Shown in pieces: positions 21,940 through 33,600 of a stretch of DNA of 39,509 nucleotides (position 1 is the stretch's first letter; every line of letters begins with the position of its first letter). Position numbers and translations under genes: made by a program. The notes beneath the pieces were generated by a model that saw only the letters and a program-made list of their open reading frames with translations, made no database searches and was not told the DNA's origin. The stretch is from Rhizaria sp. SCN 62-66 (taxonomy: Eukaryota): positions 62,001 to 101,509 of the forward strand of contig MEDY01000058.1 in the NCBI GenBank assembly GCA_001724265.1. Reading direction: 5' to 3'.

Positions 21940-22836
21940 ATGAACGTCAAGCTCTTCTACGACACGCACGGGCGCTTCCCGTCGCAGCACGAGTTCAAGA
22001 TGCTCAAGGAGCAGACGCTGGCGCAGCAGAACCTGCGCCAGCAGCAGCCCTCGGCGCCCGAAGAGAGCGTTGAGTCGCAGTGGATCTCGGCTGCGCGCAC
22101 GGGCGACCTCGCCACGCTCAAGCGTCTGCGCCCGCAGATGCGCTCGGTCGATGAGCCGATCAACAACGTGACTGCGCTGGCAGTGGCGGCGCAGGGCAAC
22201 CACGCGAGCTGCGTCGAGTTCCTCATCGACAACGGCGCCGCCGTCGACCGGCGCACGCCGCAGGGCCGCTCGCCGCTGCTGTACGCGGCCGAGTCGGGCC
22301 ACTTTGAGCTCATGACGTACCTCATCAACCGCGGCGCGACGCACTTCACGTACACGGACCAGCAGTGCGAGTCCTACTTCGTGTCGTACGTCATCCGCCA
22401 GTCAATCACGCGCCGCGACGTCTCGCGCGCGCTGCAGGACAACACCGTCACGGCCATGGTGCTCGAGTACCTGTCTCTGGGCGGGCTTAAGGTGCGCCCC
22501 ATCGAGCGCCTATCGGCGCACGTTCTGCCGAACACGCGCAAGAAGCCTGCTCCGCGCCCGAAGCCCGCAGCCGCTGCCGCTGTCAACGCGGGCGGAAACG
22601 CCAACGTCGCTGCCGGGGCTGGCGGCGCCGGGGCTGCGGCATCCCCCGCGGGCGAGGGCGCTGGTGACGGCGCCGCCGCGGGCGCGGGCCCCGAGGTCGA
22701 GGGCGAGGGCGACGACGGGCGCGATGGAGCCGACTCGCGGTCCGCGTCGCCCGAGCTCCACGAAGAGGGCGACGAGGCTGATGCCGCACAGCGCCAGAAG
22801 GACCTCGACGAGGCCATTGCCGCCGAGCGCAACTAA
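21940..22836 (+). CDS. Ankyrin-repeat protein (~298 aa)
   Basis: AARTGDLATLKRL, TALAVAAQGNHASCVEFLIDNGA, GRSPLLYAAESGHFELMTYLINRGA; first in-frame ATG at 21940; ends TAA. Confidence 0.88.
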   Translation: MNVKLFYDTHGRFPSQHEFKMLKEQTLAQQNLRQQQPSAPEESVESQWISAARTGDLATLKRLRPQMRSVDEPINNVTALAVAAQGNHASCVEFLIDNGAAVDRRTPQGRSPLLYAAESGHFELMTYLINRGATHFTYTDQQCESYFVSYVIRQSITRRDVSRALQDNTVTAMVLEYLSLGGLKVRPIERLSAHVLPNTRKKPAPRPKPAAAAAVNAGGNANVAAGAGGAGAAASPAGEGAGDGAAAGAGPEVEGEGDDGRDGADSRSASPELHEEGDEADAAQRQKDLDEAIAAERN

Positions 22837-23963
22837 GCGCGCGCGCTGCGGAGTGCAAAGCATGGACCCAACTCTCTTGCGTATGCATGTTTGATGCGTG
22901 TCTGTGTCTTTTTCTTTTGTGATAGTTTTGAGATCTGTGTGAGTCTGTTTAATGTAGGTTATAGATCAATGTATGAGTGTGTATGGTTTTGTTTTCATAG
23001 ACATTTTGGTTGCTTCAGTCGTGGGCCAAGACCTTGGTCGTCATTGATGATGTTATCTCGTCATCTCGTCATGTTCAGCGATGCAACGCACAAAGTCAGT
23101 TGCAGAGTGTGCGTTCAACTATACTAGTCGTGTATTATTGTATAAAAAGAAATAACAATAAATAATAACAACAATACAATATAAATAAACAAGGTTCTTT
23201 TTTCTTCTACATCATCTTCTCTCGACAAGTACACCCGGTAGCTTAACTCCACGTTGCACATTGTATGTACGTGTACGTATGTTCGTCTGTTGTATGACTT
23301 TAAATGGTGGTTAGCATGTATTGACTTGAGGTGTACTGACAATGTAAACAGAGAGAAATAGGGCGTATCGATATCCTAAAAAGAGGCATCAACGAAAACA
23401 GCTTATATAACTCGTCTTCCTTCTCGATCTTTACATGAAAGTACGGTGTGTAATTATCACGACAGGGGTGGAAAAACAAACAATCATTCAGAAAAAATAT
23501 CACTATTTACACATCAACAAGTATAAGTATATAATAAACATGTTATTACGATGAAATCAAACACATAATTTGTTACATCACAGTGGCCAGAGTACTAGAT
23601 TCGCTATGGGTGCAAGAGGAACAATGGTAGGAACAGATAGATCTTGTGTGTTAAATGCTAGGATCTACTTCAGAAAAAAGAGTTCATAGAACAAAACATA
23701 GAACAAAACTAATGAGATACACACGCCTTAAAAAAAAGACACGATGTGATGAAAAAAGATGCGATTACTCTTGAGAAACTGGATAAAACAAATGACAACA
23801 AAACAGAGATACAGACTTCTGTGCGATTACTCCTGATACCCTGATAAGCGTTGGGAGCTCGCCAGGACTAGCTTCCTAGACTTAATGTTGTTCTTGACAT
23901 GTTGTTAATGACGATGATGTTATACATGCCTTCGCCGCTTCATTGCACTGCGGGTGGCCGAGC

Positions 23964-26900
23964 TTACTGCGTCGCTGCCATGTGTGCGATGGGAGAGTAG
24001 TGCGCGTGTTTGCCGACCAACAGCGAGGATGGAATCGCGCGCAGCGCGGGCCTTTTTGTCGTCTCTTCGTCATCATTCTGTCTATTCCCGTTCGCGCCTC
24101 TACCATTGTTATTGTTCGCGTTGTTGATGAGATTGAGGTTGTTGTTGGCCTCTGCAATGTGCTGCGAAAAGGACCACTGCTGCTGCGGCTGCTGCTGCTC
24201 CGGCCACGCTTGATACAGCGCCCGGCTCCGCGACGCGTGCAGCGCGCTCGCGCTCGCAGCAGGCCCCGCGCCGTCCTGGCTGTAACCTTGGTTCAGGTTC
24301 AGGGGCTCGCTCGGCGGGTTTTGGTTCGGGCCGGGCACGACGCTGATGCTGCGGGACACCGACGGCGACCGCGGCGTCAGCGGCGACGCCTGAGACTGCG
24401 GAGGCTGTCCACCGCTGCTGCCGCCGCTGCCTCCGCTGTTGTTGCTGTTGCTACGCGCCATCGCGCCCGCGCCGGTGATCGCGCCCGTGGCGGCAGCGAT
24501 CGTGATGGGCACCGCCAGCTGCATCGTCGGATACGGCGCCTGCCCGCCCCCGTTGCCGTAGCCCGGGCTGCCGCCGCCGAACGCGGGGCTCGGCTGGAAG
24601 CGCGGGCTGAACTGCGTCTGCGGCTGCGCTGCCTGCGCCGACACACGCGGCGTCGGAGGTTGCGACTGCGGCTGCTGCGGCGGCGGCTGCTCTTGCTGAT
24701 CAGGCTGAAACGAGGGCTGAGGCGGCGGATGCGAATGCGACGACGCCAACTTGCGCGGGCTCGACAGCGCTTGCGGCCGCGACGGCGACGGCGGCTGTGG
24801 CTGCAGCGGCGGCTGGGACTGGGGTTGCGGCCGCGCCGGGGACAGCGGCGGCTTCGGAGGCTGCGCTTGCGACTGCGCCGGTGGCTTGGGCTCAGGCTGC
24901 GAGTGCAGCTCCGGCTCAGGCTGCAGCTGCAACTGGAGCTGCAACTGCGGCTGCGGCTGCGGCTGCGGCTGCGGCGGCTGTACCTTCGTTGGCGAGGGCT
25001 GCGAGCGCGGCGACGCCTTGGGCGAGAGCGGGGCGGCCGCCGCCTTGGTGCCAAGACCCGGGCTCTGCCGCTGTTGCTGCGCCGCCGTCACGGCAGCGGA
25101 GCCGAGCCCCAGCTCGACTGCGGCCGCGGCGTCACTGTCGCTGATGTTGACCGTGACGATGTCGCTCAACGCAACGTCCCCCGCGGCGTCGGCGGCGGCC
25201 GCGGTGTCGACGGCGTCAAGCACCGATAGCGGCGCCGGCCTCGCGCGGTGGGGCCGCGCGCGCTTCTCCGAGCCCGACGGCGGCCGCGGCTTGCGCGAGC
25301 GGCCCGCGCTACCTTCGCGCCGCGCTGCGTGGCTGGGACTGGCACTGGGATTCGCGCTCGCACCCGCGGCCACGGCTGCAGCGGCCTCGCTCGGGGGCAA
25401 GCTGTCGTGGGGACTGAGCGGGTTGAAGCTGGGCCCGTAGATCCTGCGCTGGTTAGCGATGTGGTTGGCCCACACGGCGCGCTTGTACGCCTCGTCGTCG
25501 TTGGCGTTCCACAACGCGGGGTTGATGCCCGACGCCAGCAGCGTCGCCGCGTCCATGTACAGCGGTCCGTCCTCCAGCGCGGCGTCGCTCGGCGACAATG
25601 GGCCCGCCAATGTGCTGCCCCAGCCGCCGTCCGTGGCGCCACTCTCGCCGCCGGCGCCGCTGCCGTCGCCCAACCGGCGGTTACGCCCGCCCTGCGACGC
25701 CGCGATGGCGGCCGCGGCCGCGGCGGCCGCCGCGGCGGACTGCGGCGCCGGCCCGCCCTTGCCGCCGCCAGAGAAGAGCCCCGGCGGCGGCCTGTCGGGG
25801 TCGTAGTGGGCGAGCGAGCGCGTGCTGGCGGGCACGCTGGTGCTGCTGTGCGCGAGGTTCTGTCCCGCGAGGAGCCCCGCCGTGCTGCCGCTCGCGGCCA
25901 GGCCGCCATTGGCTACGGGGCTCGGCGGCACCGCGGGCGCGGCGCGGTTACGCGGGGAGCCTGGCGCGGCGCCAGCAGCGCCGCCGACGCTGGCGTTGGA
26001 GCTGGAGCGGACCGCGGCGGCGGAGGGTCGGAGCGCGCCACCGCCGCCGCCCGCCGCGACGCCAACGCCGATGGCGTTGAGGACGGCGGCGTCGGCCACA
26101 AACTCGCCGTCGCCCTCGCCGCCCGCGCCGCCGCGGCCGCCCGAGGAGTTGGCGGCGGGCTCGGCGGAGAAGGAGCAGCAGCGCGCACAGAAGCGGCGAC
26201 AGGGCCCCGTGAAGAAGAAGTAAATAACCGCACCGATAATCGCGAGCGCAATGATGATGCAGATAGCGAGCACGACGTACGACATCGGGGGCTGGAGCCC
26301 GAAGAGACTGTTGCCGCCGCTGCTGACGCCGTCGGCGTAGACGCAGATGCCGGAGTAGCACTGGCCCAACCCGGGCTTGGGACCGTTGCCCGAGTACGCG
26401 GCCGAGGAGCCCGAGGTGGTGGTGGGGGAGCCGCACGGCATGCCCTGCGGTGTGGCCACTATGGTGCCGTTGGACACGGGCGCGCGGCACTGGGTGATGT
26501 CGTCGAGCAGCGCCGACGTCAACGAAGTGCACAACACTTGCTCGCACTGGCTCGTTGAGTCCTGCAGCGGGCAGCGGCGCAGACCGCCCAGTGCGCACGT
26601 GGCGTCGAGCGACAGGCAGTCGCCGTGGTAGCAGCGACCTGAGTTGTCGGGGAAGTCGTCGGGCGCGGTCGCCACTGCCAGCGGCGTGCAGACCTTGCCG
26701 GCGCTGGCGTACGCGTCCGGCGGGCACGCGCCGGAGGTGCCGCTGCACATCTCGGCCTGCGCAGAGCGCACGACAAAAAGTATCAATAATCATCACGTTT
26801 CATCAGAGACAATTAGGTGAGATAGAAACAAGCAATGAACGAACTCATAATCGAAGATTAACCCAGGGATGAATGAGTTCTCAAAAATGAAAAGTACAAT

Positions 26901-29900
26901 ACACGCGTTGTGATCAAGTAATGCACTATGTTCGACGTACGGTGTCGCAAAGCGGGTGCGCAGCCGCGCGGCAGACGAGTTTGTCGCTGGCGGGCACGTA
27001 CGAGCACTGGTCGCAGCAGGGCTCCGCGTTCGAGCACTGGCTGCCCGTGGTCAGCATGCACAGTTCCGGTACGCAGCATGGATCAGCGGCGCAGGCCTCC
27101 GAGCCCGCGGCGCCGCAGTCGCACTGCTCGCCAGCCTCGGTGATGCCGTTGCCGCACACGACCTCGGACCAGGACTCGGTGGGGATGTTGGCCAGACAGG
27201 TCGCAACGCCGTTCGGGTCCGTCTCAAACCAAGAACGCAAAAACTCTTTCGAACACTAAAATGAAGAAGAAAAAAAAAAGTATACAATGAGGAACTACAA
27301 CTTAAGATACAAGACCAGTAGGATCTCGAACTGGGGCGATAGTGCGCGCCATTGTTAATGAATATAATCTGACGGACCTGTGAGAACTCGGTGTAGGCCG
27401 ATGTCGAAGATGCGTAGGTGGACATGATCTTGCCCCCAGCAGGGCATGTAATGTTATTGTGGTCAACAGTAATCATATACGCGGGAGTACCGTCGTGCGG
27501 CATGCCGAACGTGTGGCCCAGCTCATGCGCCACGACCATGCCGAGCATCGATTCGCCGAAAACGGCAGGAATCGCCTAGTGTACGAATGTTGTGAAAAAG
27601 AATCGTGAATAAATAAAATTTAATGAAGAGAAAATCAGGCATGTGTCGTGCGAATGATGCAAAACGATTGATGTTCATAAGTTTGGTGACATCATTAAGT
27701 TGACACTTCAAAGTTGAAAACTACTCACAGCATGTTATGCGTGTGTTCGGCGTACCTGAGCAATGGCGCCGGAGTAGGCGTCGGTGCACATATCATCCAG
27801 CTGCGCGAGCCCAACGACCTGATCCTGGAAGTACTGCCCCGACAGCATCACGCGCGAATCACACGGCTTGTCCGTCATGGACGACGGGTTGGAATAAACA
27901 AGGAACTTCTGCAGAAACTCCAGCGAGCCGATTTCTGAGCGCTTGCGCGTGTTGGAGTACACGGGTGCGACATACAATAAGGCCGGGAGATCCAGCATCA
28001 CGGTCTGTCCGACGAGCACGACGCGGATCGCCGGCGCGAGCTCGTTGCTCTCGTAGAGCCCGTCGACGATGTTGGCCACGCGCGCGCCGGACCGCGCGAC
28101 GAGCGTGGCGTTGCCACTAAACAAGGCGAGCCGCGCGGGATCGTGGTACATGTGCAGTTCCACGTACTGCTGCGCCGTGGGCACGGCCAGAGGGGACCAG
28201 GGGTACCGCCGGAGGTGCGACGTCGCAGTGGGAATCCCGGGGGGTGAGCGTCGGGCAGGCTGGACACGTGCGCGCGGCTGGTAGTGGCTGTGGCGGGACG
28301 CAGCGGTCGCGGCAGCAGCAGCAGCACTGGCACTGTTGCCGTTACGCGTGTTAGCAAGCGTGCTGAAGCCAGAAGAGCGGGCAGACGCGGCGTCAAGAGT
28401 GGCAGTAATGTCGGCAGTAATGTCGGTAGCATCATCGCTGTGGCTGTGGTCGTGCCCCCGAGCGTGACCGCACCAGTGCACGTCGGCTTCATTATCGTCT
28501 GCTGCATCGTCATCGTCGCTAACACCTGAGACAGATCCAGAGTCAGCACCCGTCCGCGCGCTGACAAGACCTTCGCTGCGGTCTTTGCTCTTGCTCTTTT
28601 TGTCCCGGTGGGCGTTTATAAGGGCGCGCAGTTCGTTGTCCTGCTCCGCCAGGCGCTGCAGCACGTACGAATCAGCGCCAACCGCACGCGGCGGCAGCAG
28701 TGTGCCAGCGCGCGCGCCCGCGACGGCGGCCGCGTCGAACGGCCGCGGGTCACTGCTGCTGGGGCCGTGATTGGTGCTGGTGCTTCGAGTGCCCATCGAC
28801 ATAGATGAGGAGCCCGAGCCGGAGTTGGAATTGATAATCATGTCGGTGTCGGTAAACAAGAGGCGGCGCCACATATTGTTGTTCATGTTTGCCTGGATCT
28901 TGTTGTAGCTGGAGCTAGGACTGGACCTAGCTTCAGAGTCAATGTGGTCCGAAGCATCAGTGCCCGGCGCAAGGTTCGGCAGCTCTTCACTAACGCTGGC
29001 ACCCGCCGAGTCGGAAACTCGCACAGCAGGCGCGACGTCGTACAGCTCCCCGTCGATCTTGACCACGCCGGAGAGCGCGCCGCCGCAGACCGATACGGCG
29101 GCGAAGCCGTGCGCAACGTAAAACGCGGCGGCATCGGGCTTAGTCGTGGACGCACTAGCGGCGCCAGTGTCGCGGTCGGCCAAGTCAGTGCCTTCGCTGT
29201 CAAACGCGACGACGTCGGCGTCATCGCCACTGGTGTCGCCCGTATTGCTGTTGATCGGCTCTAGCACGCGGCCGCGGTAGTGGCAATTCTCGCCCGGCTG
29301 CAGGGCGTAGGCGCGCTCAGTCCTCCCGTGCGCGTCAGCAGGACTCGTGTTGTCGCTGCCGCCCGCGGTGCTGTGTGTGTCCAGAGGAGACTACTTGTGC
29401 AAAGCGTACGTAGGAGCAAAGAGCACGTCATTACGCTGTAGCTGCAGCAAAAACGTGCGCTATTGGGTTGTCGCGGCGTTGACATCCGTGGTGTTGCTTG
29501 CCGTCGGGATATTCAGAGTGATTGTGATCGCAACGTCAGCCTTGCCATGAACGCCCTCCTCGCCGTCTTCACCAATGACATCCTCAATGCCGTCAGTGTC
29601 GGAGTTCGGGACCGAGGCAGTGCGGGCAGCGTGGCCGCGGCGGAAAAACTGCGCCCAACGCCGCTCCGAGGTGCGGCGGCGCAAAGCCAACGCATCAGTC
29701 GCTGTGCCGGCGCCAGAGGCAGTAGAACCCGAGGTTGAGGCAGAGATGGAGGCAGCACTCGCTGTGGTTGCGAATGGCGAGGTGGCAGCAGCATCGGCGT
29801 TGCCTGAAGCGGAACGACGCACGCGAGGTACAAACTGCACGGAGAGCGTTGCAGGATTAATGCCGATAGGCAGTGGAGTGGTTGCAGCGAATGTAACAGC

Positions 29901-30017
29901 TGGTGCGAATGCACAGATGGTGGCTGCAAGTAGAATTAGCGACCAAGCAAGCAGATTCCGAGGGGGACCCGCGCCGCCGAGCAACGGGCTCGATGGCGCC
30001 CTTTGGGCTGCAGACAT
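23964..30017 (-). CDS. ADAM-family (M12B reprolysin) membrane metalloprotease, 4 exons: 30017-27756, 27575-27378, 27255-26941, 26756-23964; ~1855 aa; two in-frame TAGs (29460-29462, 29391-29393)
   Basis: Signal peptide; prodomain motifs FLLQLQRNDVLFAP, NCHYRGRV, AAVSVCGGALSGVV; cysteine-switch-like HWCGH; zinc motif HELGHTFGMPHD; Met-turn KIMS; FSQCS; disintegrin CGNGITEAGEQCDCG...CDTAEMCSGTSGACPPD; Cys-rich region; TM YVVLAICIIIALAIIGAVIYFFF; long P/Q-rich tail; ends TAA. Confidence 0.9.
26757..26940 (-). other. Spliceosomal intron 3 of ADAM, phase 0
   Basis: ACC|gtacgt ... gcgcag|GCC restores CDT-AEMC. Confidence 0.9.
27256..27377 (-). other. Spliceosomal intron 2 of ADAM, phase 0
   Basis: CAG|gtccgt ... 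ttttag|TGT restores EFSQ-CSKEF. Confidence 0.9.
27576..27755 (-). other. Spliceosomal intron 1 of ADAM, phase 0
   Basis: CAG|gtacgc ... cactag|GCG joins SGAIAQ to AIPAVFGESMLGMVVAHELGH. Confidence 0.85.
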
Positions 30018-30699
30018 GTGGCAGTGTTTGTGCTTACAACACCGTATATCGCTACTGGATTGTAATGCGGAACTCCTAAAGGGTTCACCATTGATCAGAA
30101 ATCGGGAGAAGAATAATGTGGATTTGAGCGGAGAGGTGCGAGCAGAGCCATACTTTCACTCACATGTTCAAACTGGATTTACAGTAAAAGTGTACAGTTA
30201 TTAAATGCGCTAAATAAACCATATAATTTGTATATGAATTCAATTGTCTTAAACCTATCTTGCGACTGGGCGATGCTTCTCCAGCTTATTTTCACAGGCA
30301 CTTGCACACACGCTGTTTTGGCCACATAGCTCTGCTGGCAGCGACAGGAGAGCCGTTACTCGGCACAGAAATACGATTCACGTGAATATATCCATGGTAT
30401 TAGGGTTGCATTGAAGGGAAATCTGCATTTTCTGTTGGTAAAATAGTTGATAGTGTTCACCATTTGGTTTTTTCAAGTTGATACATGACTCTATGACCAT
30501 AAAATTCCGTCCTTGCAACTGGTGTAAATGATCTCCCCAAATAGGATACCGACGCAGAATGTGGATAATCGCAACATGGCGACTGAATATCTTGATTTAA
30601 CTTGATTTATTGTGTATTTACATCTTGTTACTACATACTGACTGCAATTCAGCTGCACGAAGCTTCGACTGACTCTGTTCATATTAGCTTAGGTAGGCA

Positions 30700-33600
30700 T
30701 TACACAACCACAGACCTGAAATGTGCGTAATTTGTCTCGCTCACAGCACGGTGACGGATGGCATTGCTGTCTGGTTCTGCCCTTTCAATAAGGGCAGGGG
30801 CAGTCATAGCTGCGACTGGTGTCACTGTTCCGCGTTGCCGCCGCATCTCGTGGCTGTTGATACTGGATTTGTTAAGGTCTCCGCTGACGAAGCTCTCGGT
30901 GACAAACGCTGTCTCCAGCGGCAGCGGTACCATTGGCACGGAGAGGTCAGTGTCTGTCGGGACAGCGCTAATAAGACTCCCATCCGTGCGTGTGCGCCTT
31001 GGCGTAAGCAAATCGCTCCTACCGTCCTGGTTACTGTCAGAGGCATTACGCGTGTGTCTCTCATCAATAGCATGAGCAGAGCTCCCGCCGATGTTGATAC
31101 GCCTTGGTTTGTCAGAGCGACGCTCTGAAGTCGCAGCATCTAACCCCGCACTTGCCCCTGCGCTGTTAATGCCGTGTATCTCTGCAGCGTTTGTGGCAGG
31201 TAGTGTCGGCGTTGTTACTGTAACGCAGTGGGCCATGCCGCGGCCCCGCGCGATGACGCGGTTGCGGCTCCAGTGCCCCGCTGAAATCAAGACGCCGGCG
31301 CCAGCGTCAGCTTCAGCACAAGTTTGCCCAGCAGCTGCATTCACGCGGACTGAGCTGCCGCTGTCTGCAAGAAGGCCTGTGGTTGTATGTAATGAGGTGA
31401 CTGTGATTGCATCAGGCATGGTGCACCCAATACTGCTGCCGCCCCAACCTTGCTTTGTTAATTGTTGCTGCCACGCCTCTACAGCAGCAAGGGCGCCTGC
31501 TCCAGTTGGTTTAGTCCTTTCGGTGCGAGCGCTGGTCACCTCAGTGTCGTGGCTAAGTCGATTCAGTCGGTCCCCGCGCACAGGTAAAGGGCTCGACTCA
31601 ATCGGTGTTAGTTCACAGACGACACGCAGAAACAGCTCGCCCGGCGGTCCGCGCCAGCTTGTGGCGACAGCCCACTCCTGTGCCGTCATTGCGTGACTGC
31701 GACTAGTATGCATATGACCACGTGTGCTCATGGTTACATCACGATCAAATAAGCAATGGTCGGCTGTTGATAGAGGTTCAGCCGAGTCTGTGATTGCCGC
31801 GATGATAAAATTGGGATCGGGATGACCATTTGCGCCACTGTTGTGGGGATGACTATTGCGTGCATTTGTGTGAGCAAGAGCACGACGCCGATGACTGCCA
31901 GTTCGTGGTTGCTTCCTTGAGACAGTCGCGACAACATTCAACATCGGTGACATATGCACTATCGTGGCAGCATTGTTGCCACGAGTTCCACTCGCAACAC
32001 GGCTGTTGACATTACAATTGACATCGCCAATGTCTCTCGTTGACATGTGTTTTTGCCAGTATGCTGTGTTGGAATCACGCTGTAACACCCAATTACTGAC
32101 ATTGCGATGGTCGCTTGTTGTGGCGTCACTGTCTGTGTTACGACTATCACGATCGTCGAGATAAGAAATTACATTATCACGCTGCTAACTCAGCGTGTGC
32201 GTCCAAGCCCGCCATTTCACCCAGCGACGGCCGAGTCCAGCGCTCGCACCAACGTTACTGTGGCGGGATACACGGGAAGTACTCTCTCGGCTGCTCCGGC
32301 CAAAGTGTTCGTGGTTGCCAGAACATACGCTATCACCATTGGTTGGCGGAGTACCAGAGATCTCCCAAGGCGGGACGTCACTAACACTGCGACAAACAGC
32401 GTGGTATAAAACACCGCCATACATGAACACTCGCCGATTGCGATTTCGGTCATGGGTACCACTTTTATCAACACTTTTGACGTATTCGGCAATACTTGCA
32501 TTCAATGTGCTATTACTGCTGCCGGCAGATGCAAATAGTGGTGGCAATGCTGTTGACATGGTATCGCCTGGCTGTAGCAGCATCGCACCAGGCAGCGATG
32601 TAACAGTGAGCGAAAATCGCTTTAGGCCAGTGACTGTGTGAGGAAGCTCTGTAACGATAGGCGCTGGTGTAGCAACTGCGGGCATCGATGGGGGAACCAG
32701 TGGCACTGATATCACCGTGGGCTCTGATGTCGCTGTTGAGCTGGCTGTAATTATCGGGGTGACTGTGAGCAGTGAAGAGACATCGGTTGGTTCCCAGTTG
32801 CACCAACCGATAGTTCCACCGCTGTCAAATGCACCGCCGTCTTGACGATTGCAAACCGCGCTCGCTGTATCATTCTGACTGCAGCACCCAGTGGTGGCGT
32901 TAACGCAACTGTTTAGCGTAGCGGGAACGGTAGATTCTATACTTGAGCAACCCAAAAACGTGCCATCCTTAAGGCTGCTTGTTGTGTTAGCATCAGTTTT
33001 TGGAATTAATGTAGTTAGCGTTGTGCTTGTCCCTGTGTTAGTTCCATAAACAGCAGACTCAAGCGTTTGCGTCAGTACGCGCAGCGCCGCTCGCGGCCAG
33101 TGTTGCGCTAAGACATCGCTAACAGGCACACACCGGTACGCGCAGCCACAGGTATCCGCAAAACCCGAATTGTTACTCGAGACGCGTCCGCGGTGTGCGT
33201 GTGCTCGATCGTGTAATAGCTCGAAATCGGTGTCGTTTACAGCACCGCTCTCTGCGAGGTTCTTATTGGCGTCATCATCAAAGGGCTCTTGCTGCTTCTT
33301 CTCAAGAGCCTGAGCGGCGCTGAGTCGAAGCGCGTTGGCGCTTCCGGCCCATACGCGCAGGCGTTGAACGCGTGCGCGCTGTTCTTCTTGAGCTGCGCTA
33401 CCGATGACCCACCAGCCACCTTCACGACCAAAACTGCTGGAATTTGCCGTGCCACAGGAAGTTGTGTTAGAATAATTGCTAGCATCCCAATTACTGCTGT
33501 GGGTGACGTTGTCGGCGAAGTTTAAGTGGGTGCTGCTGCTAGAATTCGACGTAAGTTCTGTTTGAATAGGAAATAGAGTACACACTGGCGCGTTGCCGTT

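Noticed and set aside
23943-26558. Long plus-strand ORFs (428 aa, 436 aa) and Cys/Gly-rich ORF 24751..25440
   Set aside because: Shadow frames of the GC-rich, P/Q-repeat ADAM tail on the minus strand.
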